DNA of 32,000 nt from Prochlorococcus marinus subsp. pastoris str. CCMP1986 (GCF_000011465.1 NC_005072.1:390001-422000), one strand, 5' to 3'; positions 10,070 to 18,979 are shown, numbered from the stretch's first letter. The notes: a model not told the origin generated them from the sequence alone. Numbers and translations: made by a program.

Positions 10070-10903
10070 GTGAATTCAAACTCATCAAATCAAGTTGGTA
10101 AAAATATTAGAAGGACTGGATTTTTAATTGTACTTTCATATCTATTAATAGTATTAATTATGAAAGTATTAGAGGCTAATAACTTTTTTGGTTATTCTTT
10201 ATCATCATTTAGTAATGATATTTTTGCACCACCTTCCTTAAAACATTTATGTGGTACAGATAGATTAGGAAGGGATGTTTGTTTAAGAACTTTACAAGGG
10301 TCATCTATAGCTATTGAAGTTGTATTCCTTGCAATTTTCTTTGCTTTAATTTTAGGCCTTCCTTTAGGGTTATTGAGTGGATATTTTGGAGGGATCCTTG
10401 ATAAATGCTTATCACTTGTAATGGATACTATTTTTTCAATTCCTGTTATTTTGCTCGCAGTAGTAGTAGCTTTTGTACTTGGTAAAGGGATTATTAATGC
10501 CTCTATAGCCTTATGTATAGTTTATTCTCCTCAATATTTTAGATTAATCAGAAATCAAACAATGTTAATAAAATCAGAGACATATGTTGAAGCTGCAAGA
10601 GTTTCGGGGGCTGATGTTAAAACTATAATTTTTAAATATATACTTCCAAATGTAATAACCCCTTTACCTATTCTCCTTACTTTAAATGCTGCTGATGCTG
10701 TTTTGGTATTAGGAAGTTTGGGCTTTTTAGGGTTAGGAGTTCCTGCAAATGTTCCAGAATGGGGAAGTGATCTTAATCTTGCGCTTGCTGCTATACCAAC
10801 TGGGATTTGGTGGACTGCATTATTCCCTGGATTAGCAATGTTTTTTTTAGTCTTAGGTCTTTCTTTTATAGGAGAAGAACTAGAAAATATTTTTGAGAAT
10901 TGA
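10070..10903 (+). CDS. ABC transporter permease, DppC/OppC (peptide/nickel) family
   Basis: 277 aa with a GTG start and about 6 TM segments. Shows the binding-protein-dependent transport 'EAA' loop YVEAARVSGADVKTIIFKYILPN. No partner ABC genes are adjacent. Confidence 0.8.
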   Translation: MNSNSSNQVGKNIRRTGFLIVLSYLLIVLIMKVLEANNFFGYSLSSFSNDIFAPPSLKHLCGTDRLGRDVCLRTLQGSSIAIEVVFLAIFFALILGLPLGLLSGYFGGILDKCLSLVMDTIFSIPVILLAVVVAFVLGKGIINASIALCIVYSPQYFRLIRNQTMLIKSETYVEAARVSGADVKTIIFKYILPNVITPLPILLTLNAADAVLVLGSLGFLGLGVPANVPEWGSDLNLALAAIPTGIWWTALFPGLAMFFLVLGLSFIGEELENIFEN

Positions 10904-10922
10904 AAGTTAATTTTAATATTTT

Positions 10923-11594
10923 TTAGTTATTAACAACTTCATTAATTTCTCCATACTGATTCATCTTTGGATATTTATTTCCAGACTTTCTGTATATAGA
11001 AGCTAAGTCAGGATAACTCCATTCAAATAATGTTTTTTCGTATTCCTCTGCACTTAAACCTTCTCCTTTAAGAGGAAGTAAACTCTTACTTTTTCTTTGT
11101 CGAATAGCTTCAAAAAGTAAAATAGAAGTTGCTACTGAAACATTCAAAGATTGAACCATTCCTGACATTGGAATGAAGATTGATTCATCAACTTTTGAAA
11201 TTAGTTGATCACTTAAACCCCACTTTTCTGCTCCTAAAACAAAACAAGTATTTTCTGAATAGTCAAAATTCCTGTAATCAGTTGATCTCTCATTTAGTGT
11301 TGTTCCATATAATTTAAAACCTTTCTTTTTTAGTTCAGATACTGCAGAAATTGTTGTCTCATGATTATTTAATTTGACCCATTTTTGACTGCCTTGAGCT
11401 GTACTGTTAAAAGTTTTAACTTTATCTTTTTCACTAATAAAATTTGCTTCAAAAACTCCCGCCGCATCACATGTTCTTAATATCGCAGATAAATTGTGTG
11501 GCTTATTTACTGCCTCTACCAGAACCGTTAAGTTTCTCATTCTGCAATTTAAAACATTTTTTATTCGCTCAAATCTTCTTGGCAAAATTGACAT
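10923..11594 (-). CDS. trmH: SpoU/TrmH-family RNA 2'-O-methyltransferase
   Basis: 223 aa. SPOUT motifs HNLSAILRTCDAAG, FVLGAEKWGLS and IPMSGMVQSLNVSVATSILLFE. Confidence 0.8.
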   Translation of the reverse strand: MSILPRRFERIKNVLNCRMRNLTVLVEAVNKPHNLSAILRTCDAAGVFEANFISEKDKVKTFNSTAQGSQKWVKLNNHETTISAVSELKKKGFKLYGTTLNERSTDYRNFDYSENTCFVLGAEKWGLSDQLISKVDESIFIPMSGMVQSLNVSVATSILLFEAIRQRKSKSLLPLKGEGLSAEEYEKTLFEWSYPDLASIYRKSGNKYPKMNQYGEINEVVNN

Positions 11595-11764
11595 CTTAAA
11601 AATGTTTAAAGTTAATTAAATTATATTCGTTCAAAAAAATATAATTTAAAATATAAATTTTTTAAAGTTTTAAATGATTAATTTTATATTACTTCAAATT
11701 CAATCTATAGATTAATTAATCGGTTATTTGGTTTATAATATTTTAGTAATTTAGACGAGATTAA

Positions 11765-11968
11765 ATGGCTTACATTGAATGGGATTACACGGTTATAACG
11801 AGTATGGTGGAAGCCCAAGGCTGGACGTTACCAGAGAATGAATCAAAAGAATGGAAACAATTCAACGATGAGCTTGGAGAGAAGATGAGAGGAGTTGGAA
11901 TTGTGTTCGAAAAATATTGTAAATTTGCTCCAGATATTGGAGAAGGAGTTCATCTTTTAGACGATTAA
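11765..11968 (+). CDS. Conserved-looking hypothetical small acidic protein
   Basis: 67 aa with no recognised family. The ORF is visibly more GC-rich than the flanking spacers. It is followed 8 nt later by a perfect 10-bp-stem hairpin. Confidence 0.5.
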   Translation: MAYIEWDYTVITSMVEAQGWTLPENESKEWKQFNDELGEKMRGVGIVFEKYCKFAPDIGEGVHLLDD

Positions 11969-11975
11969 AAATTTA

Positions 11976-12005
11976 AACCATTGATGTATCCCTTAATCAA
12001 TGGTT
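11976..12005 (+). terminator. Hairpin terminator candidate after the 67-aa ORF
   Basis: AACCATTGAT-gtatccctta-ATCAATGGTT is a perfect 10-bp inverted repeat. It is followed by an A/T-rich tail (ATTAATTTAT) rather than a clean U-run. Confidence 0.55.
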
Positions 12006-12170
12006 ATTAATTTATACATTAGGAAAATTTTGATTGAATTAGAGAAAGAAATTATTAAGGATTTATAAAGCTTCTTTTGAAAATCTATCAGTAACGTTCG
12101 TAAAAATTTTTTAATTTTTAATTGTCCACAAAAAAGTTATTTAAATTTTATATTTAAATAAAAAGGTAAG

Positions 12171-12563
12171 ATGCAAAATAAATTAATCTTTCTATTCGAT
12201 GGTGGTTGTCCATTATGTCTTAGAGAAACTAATTTCTTAAAAAGCAAAGACGAGTTAAATAAAATTGACTTTGTTGATATCAACAATATTAATTATAATC
12301 CTAGTCTTTTTAAGGACATCTCATATGCAGAAGCAATGTCAAATCTTCATGGGATTTTAGAAAATGGAAATATTATCAAAGGGTTAGACGTATTAGCATA
12401 TTCATATGAATTAATAGGGTTAGGGTGGGTTTACTACCCTTTAAAAATTGAATTCTTTGCTCCGGTTTTGAGGTTATTTTACAAATATTGGGCAAAATAC
12501 AGACTTAAAATTACTGGCAGATCAAATATTGAAAAACTCTGTACTTCTGAATGTAAGCAATAA
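12171..12563 (+). CDS. Thiol-disulfide oxidoreductase DCC family protein (DUF393)
   Basis: 130 aa. N-terminal FDGGCPLC (the D-x-x-C-x-x-C motif that names the family). Confidence 0.8.
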   Translation: MQNKLIFLFDGGCPLCLRETNFLKSKDELNKIDFVDINNINYNPSLFKDISYAEAMSNLHGILENGNIIKGLDVLAYSYELIGLGWVYYPLKIEFFAPVLRLFYKYWAKYRLKITGRSNIEKLCTSECKQ

Positions 12564-12565
12564 AA

Positions 12566-12802
12566 ATGGAAATTATTGACATAGATAGATTAATCGAGAT
12601 GTGTTGGGAAGATAGAACTCCTTTTGAAGCGATAGAGTATCAATTTGGTTTAAAAGAAGAAGATGCTATTAAAATAATGAGAAACAATCTTAAGCCAAAA
12701 TCATTTAAAGTTTGGAGAAAAAGAGTTTCTGGAAGAAAAACAAAACATATGGAACTTAAAGATTCAACTAGATTTAAATCTACTCATAAAAGAAAATTTT
12801 AA
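12566..12802 (+). CDS. TIGR03643 / DUF2805 family protein (photolyase-associated, function unknown)
   Basis: 78 aa. Shows CWEDRTPFEAIEYQFGL.E...IK.MR..LKP.SFK.WRKRVSGRKTKH, which matches the family signature as I recall it. Starts 2 nt after the DCC gene stop. Confidence 0.75.
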   Translation: MEIIDIDRLIEMCWEDRTPFEAIEYQFGLKEEDAIKIMRNNLKPKSFKVWRKRVSGRKTKHMELKDSTRFKSTHKRKF

Positions 12803-12805
12803 ATT

Positions 12806-12937
12806 TTGAAAATCCTACCAAGCAAAATATGCCCCGTTTGCAACAGGCCATTTAATTGGCGCAAAAAATGGAAAGATTGTTGGAAGGAAGTTAAATACTG
12901 TTCTAATAGATGTAGAAATAGGAAGTCATTAGTATGA
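12806..12937 (+). CDS. DUF2256 zinc-ribbon-like micro-protein (not on the supplied ORF track)
   Basis: Hand translation from TTG at 12806 gives (M)[42 protein letters not shown]. It carries the DUF2256 pattern K.CP.C.RPF.WRKKW...W..VKYCS.RCR. The stop TGA (12935-12937) overlaps the ATG (12934-12936) of the next gene as ATGA. Confidence 0.75.
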   Translation: MKILPSKICPVCNRPFNWRKKWKDCWKEVKYCSNRCRNRKSLV

Positions 12938-14424
12938 ATCAGATATCGATCATATTTCCAAATCAACTTTTTAGAGAAAGCTCACTCTTGAAGTTAAGTT
13001 GTGAAATTTTGATTATTGAAGATTCATTATTTTTTGGTAATGATAAATTTCAAAAGTCAATTAACCACAAAAATAAATTAATTTTCCATAAAGCTTCAAT
13101 GCTTGCATATAAAAAATATCTGCAAAATTCAGGATTTAAAGTTATTTATATTGAGAATAAAAATAATCTTTCCACCGTAGAGTATTTATCAAAATATTTG
13201 CAAGGAAAATATCAAAAGGTAAATATTATAAATCCTCATGATTTTTTAATTATGAAGAGGATAAATAGATTTGTTGAAGCCAACAATCTTAAATTACAAG
13301 TTTTCCAATCCCCAATGTTTGTAACTAATGAAGACTTACGAAAGTCTTTTAAATCTAATTCCAAAAAACCCTTAATGGGTAGATTCTATGAGAATCAAAG
13401 AAGAAGTCAAAATATATTATTGAATCCTGATGGCTCACCTCAAGGAGGTAAATGGAGTTTTGATGAATTAAATAGAAAAAAATTACCCAAGAATATAAAC
13501 ATTCCTGAAATCCCAAAATTTCAAAAAAATCAGTTTGTAATTCATGCTGAAAAGATAATTTCTAATTTACAGATTGAGTTTATAGGTGAAAGTAATTATT
13601 TTATATATCCAACTACTTTCGAAGAAGCTGATAGTTGGCTTCATGATTTTTTCGAAGATAGATTTTCTTTATTTGGCGATTATGAAGATGCAATTAGTAA
13701 GGAAAAAGTCTTTTTATGGCATAGTTTACTTTCTCCTCTTTTAAATAGCGGTTTATTGACTGCAAAAGAAGTTATAGATAAGGCATTAACTTATGGTGAA
13801 AAAAATAAAGTTCCTATTAACTCTCTAGAAGGTTTTATTCGTCAAATAGTTGGATGGAGAGAATTTATTTGCTTAGTTTATGAAAAATATGGTACCCAAA
13901 TGCGTACTACTAATTTTTGGAATTTTGATAATAAGCCTATGCCTGAGTGTTTCTATAAGGGAAGCACAGGAATCGATCCAGTCGATATCGTCATAAATAA
14001 TATTATTAAATACGGTTATTGCCATCATATTGAGAGGCTTATGATAATAGGTAACTTTATGCTTTTATGTCGTATACATCCTGATCATGTTTATAAATGG
14101 TTTATGGAAATGTTTATAGATTCTTATGATTGGGTAATGGTCCCTAATGTTTATGGAATGAGTCAGTTTAGCGATGGAGGGATCTTTTCAACAAAACCTT
14201 ATATTTCTAGCTCAAATTATGTGAAAAAAATGTCTGATTATAAAAGTGGTCCTTGGTGTTCAATCTGGGATGGTTTGTTTTGGAAATTTATAAAAGATAA
14301 TGAAACTTATTTTAGAAAACAATATAGGCTTGCTATGTTAACGAGAAATTTAGATAAAATGAGTGACGAAAAGCTAAATGGTCATTTAAGAATAGCTGAG
14401 GAATTTATAAGTAATCTTTATTAA
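12934..14424 (+). CDS. Cryptochrome/photolyase-family protein, 'deoxyribodipyrimidine photolyase-related' (FeS-BCP / bacterial (6-4) photolyase lineage)
   Basis: 496 aa. Shows [45 protein letters not shown] and [16 protein letters not shown], characteristic of the COG3046/PhrB-CryB-like group. Confidence 0.85.
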   Translation: MNQISIIFPNQLFRESSLLKLSCEILIIEDSLFFGNDKFQKSINHKNKLIFHKASMLAYKKYLQNSGFKVIYIENKNNLSTVEYLSKYLQGKYQKVNIINPHDFLIMKRINRFVEANNLKLQVFQSPMFVTNEDLRKSFKSNSKKPLMGRFYENQRRSQNILLNPDGSPQGGKWSFDELNRKKLPKNINIPEIPKFQKNQFVIHAEKIISNLQIEFIGESNYFIYPTTFEEADSWLHDFFEDRFSLFGDYEDAISKEKVFLWHSLLSPLLNSGLLTAKEVIDKALTYGEKNKVPINSLEGFIRQIVGWREFICLVYEKYGTQMRTTNFWNFDNKPMPECFYKGSTGIDPVDIVINNIIKYGYCHHIERLMIIGNFMLLCRIHPDHVYKWFMEMFIDSYDWVMVPNVYGMSQFSDGGIFSTKPYISSSNYVKKMSDYKSGPWCSIWDGLFWKFIKDNETYFRKQYRLAMLTRNLDKMSDEKLNGHLRIAEEFISNLY

Positions 14425-14499
14425 ATTAAACACTAAATTTATAGTCAATTTTAAAACTTAAGAGAATCTAATGATATTAATAAATATTAAAAACACGTG

Positions 14500-14536
14500 T
14501 TAGATTAATAGTAATATAGATCTTATATTAATCTAA
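14500..14536. repeat. AT-rich inverted repeat (11-bp arms) in the long spacer after the photolyase-like gene
   Basis: TTAGATTAATA (14500-14510) and TATTAATCTAA (14526-14536) are exact reverse complements. The loop is centred on AGATCT, and a CACGTG palindrome lies immediately upstream (14494-14499). Confidence 0.6.
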
Positions 14537-14727
14537 TATAAATTTAACTTGGTGCAAATTTTACTCTTTTGTTTACTTTTTTGAAATTTAGATTGGATAA
14601 CTAATTTGTATTTTAAATTAAGTGATCTAAAAAAATTAATTCCTTTCGCAGCCAGAGAGGTTATTGATTTAGAAAAAATTAATGGGGACTCACTTTTAAC
14701 CTCTTTAACTTTTTGTTCTAATAACAA

Positions 14728-14865
14728 ATGAAAAAAAATAAAAAAAATAAATTTTTTTCAAGAGAAAAAGTCCATTCTCTTAACATCTATATATTTTTGG
14801 GATTCAATTTAACCTTAGTTAGTGTTCTTGGTTTTATTTGGTTTAATACTTCAATTAATAGCTAA
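14728..14865 (+). CDS. Possible 45-aa single-pass membrane micro-protein (not on the ORF track)
   Basis: ATG at 14728 gives MKKNKKNKFFSREKVHSLNIYIFLGFNLTLVSVLGFIWFNTSINS*. This is a Lys-rich N-terminus followed by a ~22-residue hydrophobic helix (positive-inside). No SD sequence and no recognised homology. AT-rich DNA can produce this by chance. Confidence 0.3.
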   Translation: MKKNKKNKFFSREKVHSLNIYIFLGFNLTLVSVLGFIWFNTSINS

Positions 14866-14924
14866 GAACAATATTCATAATTAATAGTATATTTAGCATA
14901 TATTACTAAACAAGATTTTATACA

Positions 14925-16238
14925 TTGATTAAAGGGTACCTTCAAAGAAAAGCATCTTGGGAAATTCTATTAAAAGTAAGTTCAGGAATTTATTCAGATC
15001 ATGCTCTAGAAAAGGTATTAAAAAATTATGAGTTCAATTCATTAGATATAGCATTCATAACGGAATTATCTTTTGGATGTATTAGGTATAGAAAATTCCT
15101 TGATCTTTGGATAGACCATACATCAAAACTTTCTCATACTAAGCAACCACCAAAACTAAGATGGCTTTTACATATAGGTTTATATCAATTATTAAAAATG
15201 GATAAAATTCCATTTTCTGCAGCTATTTCTTCAACTGTAGAAGTTGCAAAGAAAACTGATTTAAAAGGTTTGGCTGGAACTGTAAACGCAATATTACGAA
15301 ATACCGTTAGACATATAGAAAAAGAACATGTCCCAAAAATATCCTCAGATGAAATAGAGAGATTGTCTTCTCTTGAGTCATTACCAATATGGCTTGTAAA
15401 AGAAATTGTTAATTGGGTAGGAATAAAAGAAGCTAAAAATATCGCCAAGGCATTTAATAAAAAACCTTCAATTGATTTGCGAATTAATTCTCTTAAAACT
15501 GATTTAAATAAATTTTTGAATGAACTTGCTGAATGTAATATTAATGCTACCGCAATTAGTCAATTAAAAAATGGGATCGCCTTAAATTCTAATCCAAGGT
15601 CTATTAAAAAACTCCCTGGCTACAGCGATGGGCTGTGGGTAGTCCAAGATAGATCTTCTCAATGGGTCGCTCCTCTTTTAAATCCAATGAAAGGGGAAAA
15701 GATTCTTGATGCCTGCTCTGCCCCAGGAAGTAAAACAACTCATTTAGCTCAGTTAGCTAATGACGATGCTGAAATCTTAGCTGTTGATAGATCAGAAAAA
15801 AGATTGAAAATACTTCAATCAAATTTGGAAAGATTAAATATAAAAAGTGTTAAAACTTTGAAAGCTGATGCTACTAATTTAGTTGATATTCAACCAAATC
15901 TTATCTCTTATTTTGATAAAATCTTAATTGATGCTCCATGTTCAGGGATTGGAACCTTAGCAAGAAATCCTGATTCAAGATGGTCTTTAAGTAAGGATAA
16001 AATAAATCAATTAATTCTTTTACAGGAAAGATTATTAGAAAGCGTTTTACCTCTTTTAAAAAGAAATGGAACTTTAGTTTATTCAACTTGTACAATATGT
16101 CCTGAAGAAAATAATTTTCTAATTAAAAGATTTTTGACAAAAAATAAGGAAATTAAATTAGATAGTGAAAAACAAATCTTACCGAAATTTGATGAACCAG
16201 GAGATGGATTTTATGCAGCAAAAATTTCTTATAAATAA
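14925..16238 (+). CDS. rsmB: 16S rRNA (cytosine967-C5)-methyltransferase RsmB/Sun
   Basis: 437 aa with a TTG start. N-terminal NusB-like domain, SAM motif LDACSAPGSKTTHLA, and catalytic DAPCSGIGT and YSTCT motifs. Confidence 0.9.
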   Translation: MIKGYLQRKASWEILLKVSSGIYSDHALEKVLKNYEFNSLDIAFITELSFGCIRYRKFLDLWIDHTSKLSHTKQPPKLRWLLHIGLYQLLKMDKIPFSAAISSTVEVAKKTDLKGLAGTVNAILRNTVRHIEKEHVPKISSDEIERLSSLESLPIWLVKEIVNWVGIKEAKNIAKAFNKKPSIDLRINSLKTDLNKFLNELAECNINATAISQLKNGIALNSNPRSIKKLPGYSDGLWVVQDRSSQWVAPLLNPMKGEKILDACSAPGSKTTHLAQLANDDAEILAVDRSEKRLKILQSNLERLNIKSVKTLKADATNLVDIQPNLISYFDKILIDAPCSGIGTLARNPDSRWSLSKDKINQLILLQERLLESVLPLLKRNGTLVYSTCTICPEENNFLIKRFLTKNKEIKLDSEKQILPKFDEPGDGFYAAKISYK

Positions 16239-16257
16239 AAAATTAAGTATTTTATTA

Positions 16258-18021
16258 TTAAATCTCTAAATCATATATTTTACTTATGAACTTTTTCCAA
16301 AAATAAGCTGCATTACCGCTAGATAACTTAGTTTCTTTGTTTTCATCAAAACCTATCCAAACTCCGGTAGTAAGATTATTAATTGAACCAATAAACCAAA
16401 GATCCCTGTTCCCGTCTGAAGTTCCTGTCTTGCCATATACTCTTTCTCCTTTAATTGAGGCTGCTATCGAAGTACCTTCCGAAACTGATTTTTCAAGTAG
16501 ATTATTTAGGCTTTTGTTTACTTCGGAATCTAATATCTTCTCATGAATAAATTTATTTTCCCAAATTAATTCATTATTATTTGATTCTATTTTTTCAAGA
16601 ATGCTTGTCTTATATAGATTCCCATTGCTATTCAGAGTTGCATAGGCATTTGTAATATTTAGGAGGCTATCTCCATAAGATCCGATAGCTAATGGTAGAA
16701 ATTCTTCAAGCGGTTGTTCATACCCTAGGCCAAATAAATTAGCTTGGTTTATAATTTTTTTAAGACCTATATTACTAGAAATTTTTAGAGGAACTATATT
16801 TGAAGAGGTTTTAAAAGAATCTATTAAAGATATCTTACCTCGATAAATTTCAGAAAAATTTTTGGGACAATAGTCTTCCCAGCACTTAGGTAAATCTTCG
16901 AATTTATCTCTTAATTTTATACCTTCTTTTAATGCTGCAGTATATGGAATAATTTTAAAAGTTGAACCTAAAGGCCTTATGGCTGAGGTAACTCTATTAA
17001 ATTCGTTTATTGTTGGATTCTTACTAGTTATCATTGTTCGAATTAAACCGCTATTGGATTCTATTGATAACAATGCTGTTTCAATATTATTAGACCCTAT
17101 AGACCTAGAAATTTTTTGTCCTATTTCCTGCCAATCTTTATTGATGCTCGATTTTATCCGTAAAAATTTGTACTTTTTATGATTTTTGATTTTGTTATTT
17201 GTTTCCTTGAGTATGAAATTTACTAATAAATTATCTTTAGAATCTTTATTATTTATTGAATAATTTAAATTAACTTTTTCCTTTAAGGCTTCATTTCTCT
17301 CGTCCAAAGATATGTAGCCATCAATATACATATCTTTTAAAATTTTATTTCTTTTTTTAATAGCTAAATCGATATTTTCATAAGGCGAATAAATCGAGGG
17401 AGCAGGTGCTAATCCAGCTACTAAGGCAACCTCAGATAATGATAATTCAGTTATAAGTTTTCCAAAATAAACTTGGGAGGCTTCATTAATACCATAAGCT
17501 CCTGATCCTAAGTAAATATTATTTAAATATAATTTTAAAATTTGATTTTTACTGAATTTCAAGTCTAAAACTAAGGAAATTATTATTTCTTTAATTTTTC
17601 TTTGAAAACTTAAATCATTATTTAAGAAAATTAATCTTGCTACTTGCTGAGTAATAGTGCTTCCACCCTCTTTAAAGTATCCGCTCTGAATATTACTAAT
17701 AAACGCTCTTGATAAACCTATTAAGTCAATTCCATTATGGTTAAAAAATCTTTTATCCTCACCCGAGATAAAAGAATACTTTAGAAAAAATGGTATCGAA
17801 TTTGCATTATCAAGAACATCGAATTTTCGACTTAATTTTCTTAATGTTTTATTATCAGAAGAGAATATTTCATAAGAATAGGGTATTGATTTTGAAGTAT
17901 TGATTTTAAGTGGGTCAAAATTTAAAGTAATCCTAATTAAATTAAATATGGGGAAAAATATGACAAAGAAAATAAATATCGATGAGCTAAAAATAAAATA
18001 TTTATATTTTATTTCATTCAC
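16258..18021 (-). CDS. mrcB: Class A penicillin-binding protein (transglycosylase/transpeptidase)
   Basis: 587 aa with a GTG start and an N-terminal TM anchor. Glycosyltransferase-51 motifs EDKRFFNHNGID and GGSTITQQVAR. Transpeptidase motifs STFK, SSN and KTGTS. Confidence 0.9.
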   Translation of the reverse strand: MNEIKYKYFIFSSSIFIFFVIFFPIFNLIRITLNFDPLKINTSKSIPYSYEIFSSDNKTLRKLSRKFDVLDNANSIPFFLKYSFISGEDKRFFNHNGIDLIGLSRAFISNIQSGYFKEGGSTITQQVARLIFLNNDLSFQRKIKEIIISLVLDLKFSKNQILKLYLNNIYLGSGAYGINEASQVYFGKLITELSLSEVALVAGLAPAPSIYSPYENIDLAIKKRNKILKDMYIDGYISLDERNEALKEKVNLNYSINNKDSKDNLLVNFILKETNNKIKNHKKYKFLRIKSSINKDWQEIGQKISRSIGSNNIETALLSIESNSGLIRTMITSKNPTINEFNRVTSAIRPLGSTFKIIPYTAALKEGIKLRDKFEDLPKCWEDYCPKNFSEIYRGKISLIDSFKTSSNIVPLKISSNIGLKKIINQANLFGLGYEQPLEEFLPLAIGSYGDSLLNITNAYATLNSNGNLYKTSILEKIESNNNELIWENKFIHEKILDSEVNKSLNNLLEKSVSEGTSIAASIKGERVYGKTGTSDGNRDLWFIGSINNLTTGVWIGFDENKETKLSSGNAAYFWKKFISKIYDLEI

Positions 18022-18022
18022 T

Positions 18023-18970
18023 TTAAGCTACTAAAAAACTATGTCCTATGGCTAAAGCGGTTACTAACATTCCAGTTATAAGAAATGGCTGAGCACTTGC
18101 CTGGTATTTGACATCAAATTTTAACGGGTCCCTTAGTAACCACATATCTTGAAATGTAATTTGAGGAATTACTAGTAAAACTAAAATTACTGATGCTAAA
18201 TGTTGTCCAATAACAATTAATACGATAACCATTGCTAATTGAAAAATATCAATGAGACCAGCACTTATTCTACTAGCATTTTTAATTCCAAATATTACAG
18301 GTAACGAATTTAATCCTAGTTTTGAATCCCCTTCAACACTTTTGAAATCATTTATAACTGCTATTCCTAGTCCAGAAAGACTATAAGCAAGAGTTAGTAA
18401 TGCTGTAACAATAGTTAATTTCCCAAATAAGGCTTGTCCCGCCCACCATGGGAGAGCTATATATGAAGCTCCTAAAGCATAATTTCCTAGCCATCCATTT
18501 TGCTTCAATTTTAAAGGAGGAGCAGAATAGATATAACTTACTAAAGACCCACCTAAAGCCAGAAGAAAGACAGAGGGGAAACTATGTTTTGCATATAAAT
18601 CTAATAAAAAAGAGACTACTAAACCAGCAATAAGTAATACCCAAATTTGTATTTTTACTTCCTTAATCGAAATCTTTCCAGAAGGTATTGGTCTATTAGG
18701 TTCATTAATAGCGTCAATTTCTCTATCAAAAAAATCATTAATAGTTTGGGTATAACCTGCTAAAAGTGGTCCGCTCATGAGCATGCATGCTAGTGAGGCT
18801 AAAACATTACTTATTGTCCACTGAAAATTCCCGCTTGCTGCAGCTCCACAGATTACCCCCCATATCAAGGGGATCCATGTGATTGGCTTCATTAATTGTA
18901 TACGTAGTTTCCAAATACTCGAAGTCTCTGAAGCCCCTTTAATTCCTAATAATTGTTTTGGATCATTCAC
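18023..18970 (-). CDS. chlG: Chlorophyll a synthase (UbiA prenyltransferase family)
   Basis: 315 aa with a GTG start. NDFFDREIDAINEPNRPIPSG is the ChlG/BchG-type motif. Multi-TM protein. Its stop lies 1 nt before the PBP start. Confidence 0.92.
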   Translation of the reverse strand: MNDPKQLLGIKGASETSSIWKLRIQLMKPITWIPLIWGVICGAAASGNFQWTISNVLASLACMLMSGPLLAGYTQTINDFFDREIDAINEPNRPIPSGKISIKEVKIQIWVLLIAGLVVSFLLDLYAKHSFPSVFLLALGGSLVSYIYSAPPLKLKQNGWLGNYALGASYIALPWWAGQALFGKLTIVTALLTLAYSLSGLGIAVINDFKSVEGDSKLGLNSLPVIFGIKNASRISAGLIDIFQLAMVIVLIVIGQHLASVILVLLVIPQITFQDMWLLRDPLKFDVKYQASAQPFLITGMLVTALAIGHSFLVA

Positions 18971-18979
18971 TTTTAATAT

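Noticed and set aside
14533-14727. A 64-aa minus-strand ORF in the long spacer.
   Set aside because: It has a TTG start and a Lys/Ser-rich low-complexity sequence, with no motif or hydrophobic core. It abuts the divergent micro-ORF start with zero spacing. I keep it only as part of the spacer finding.
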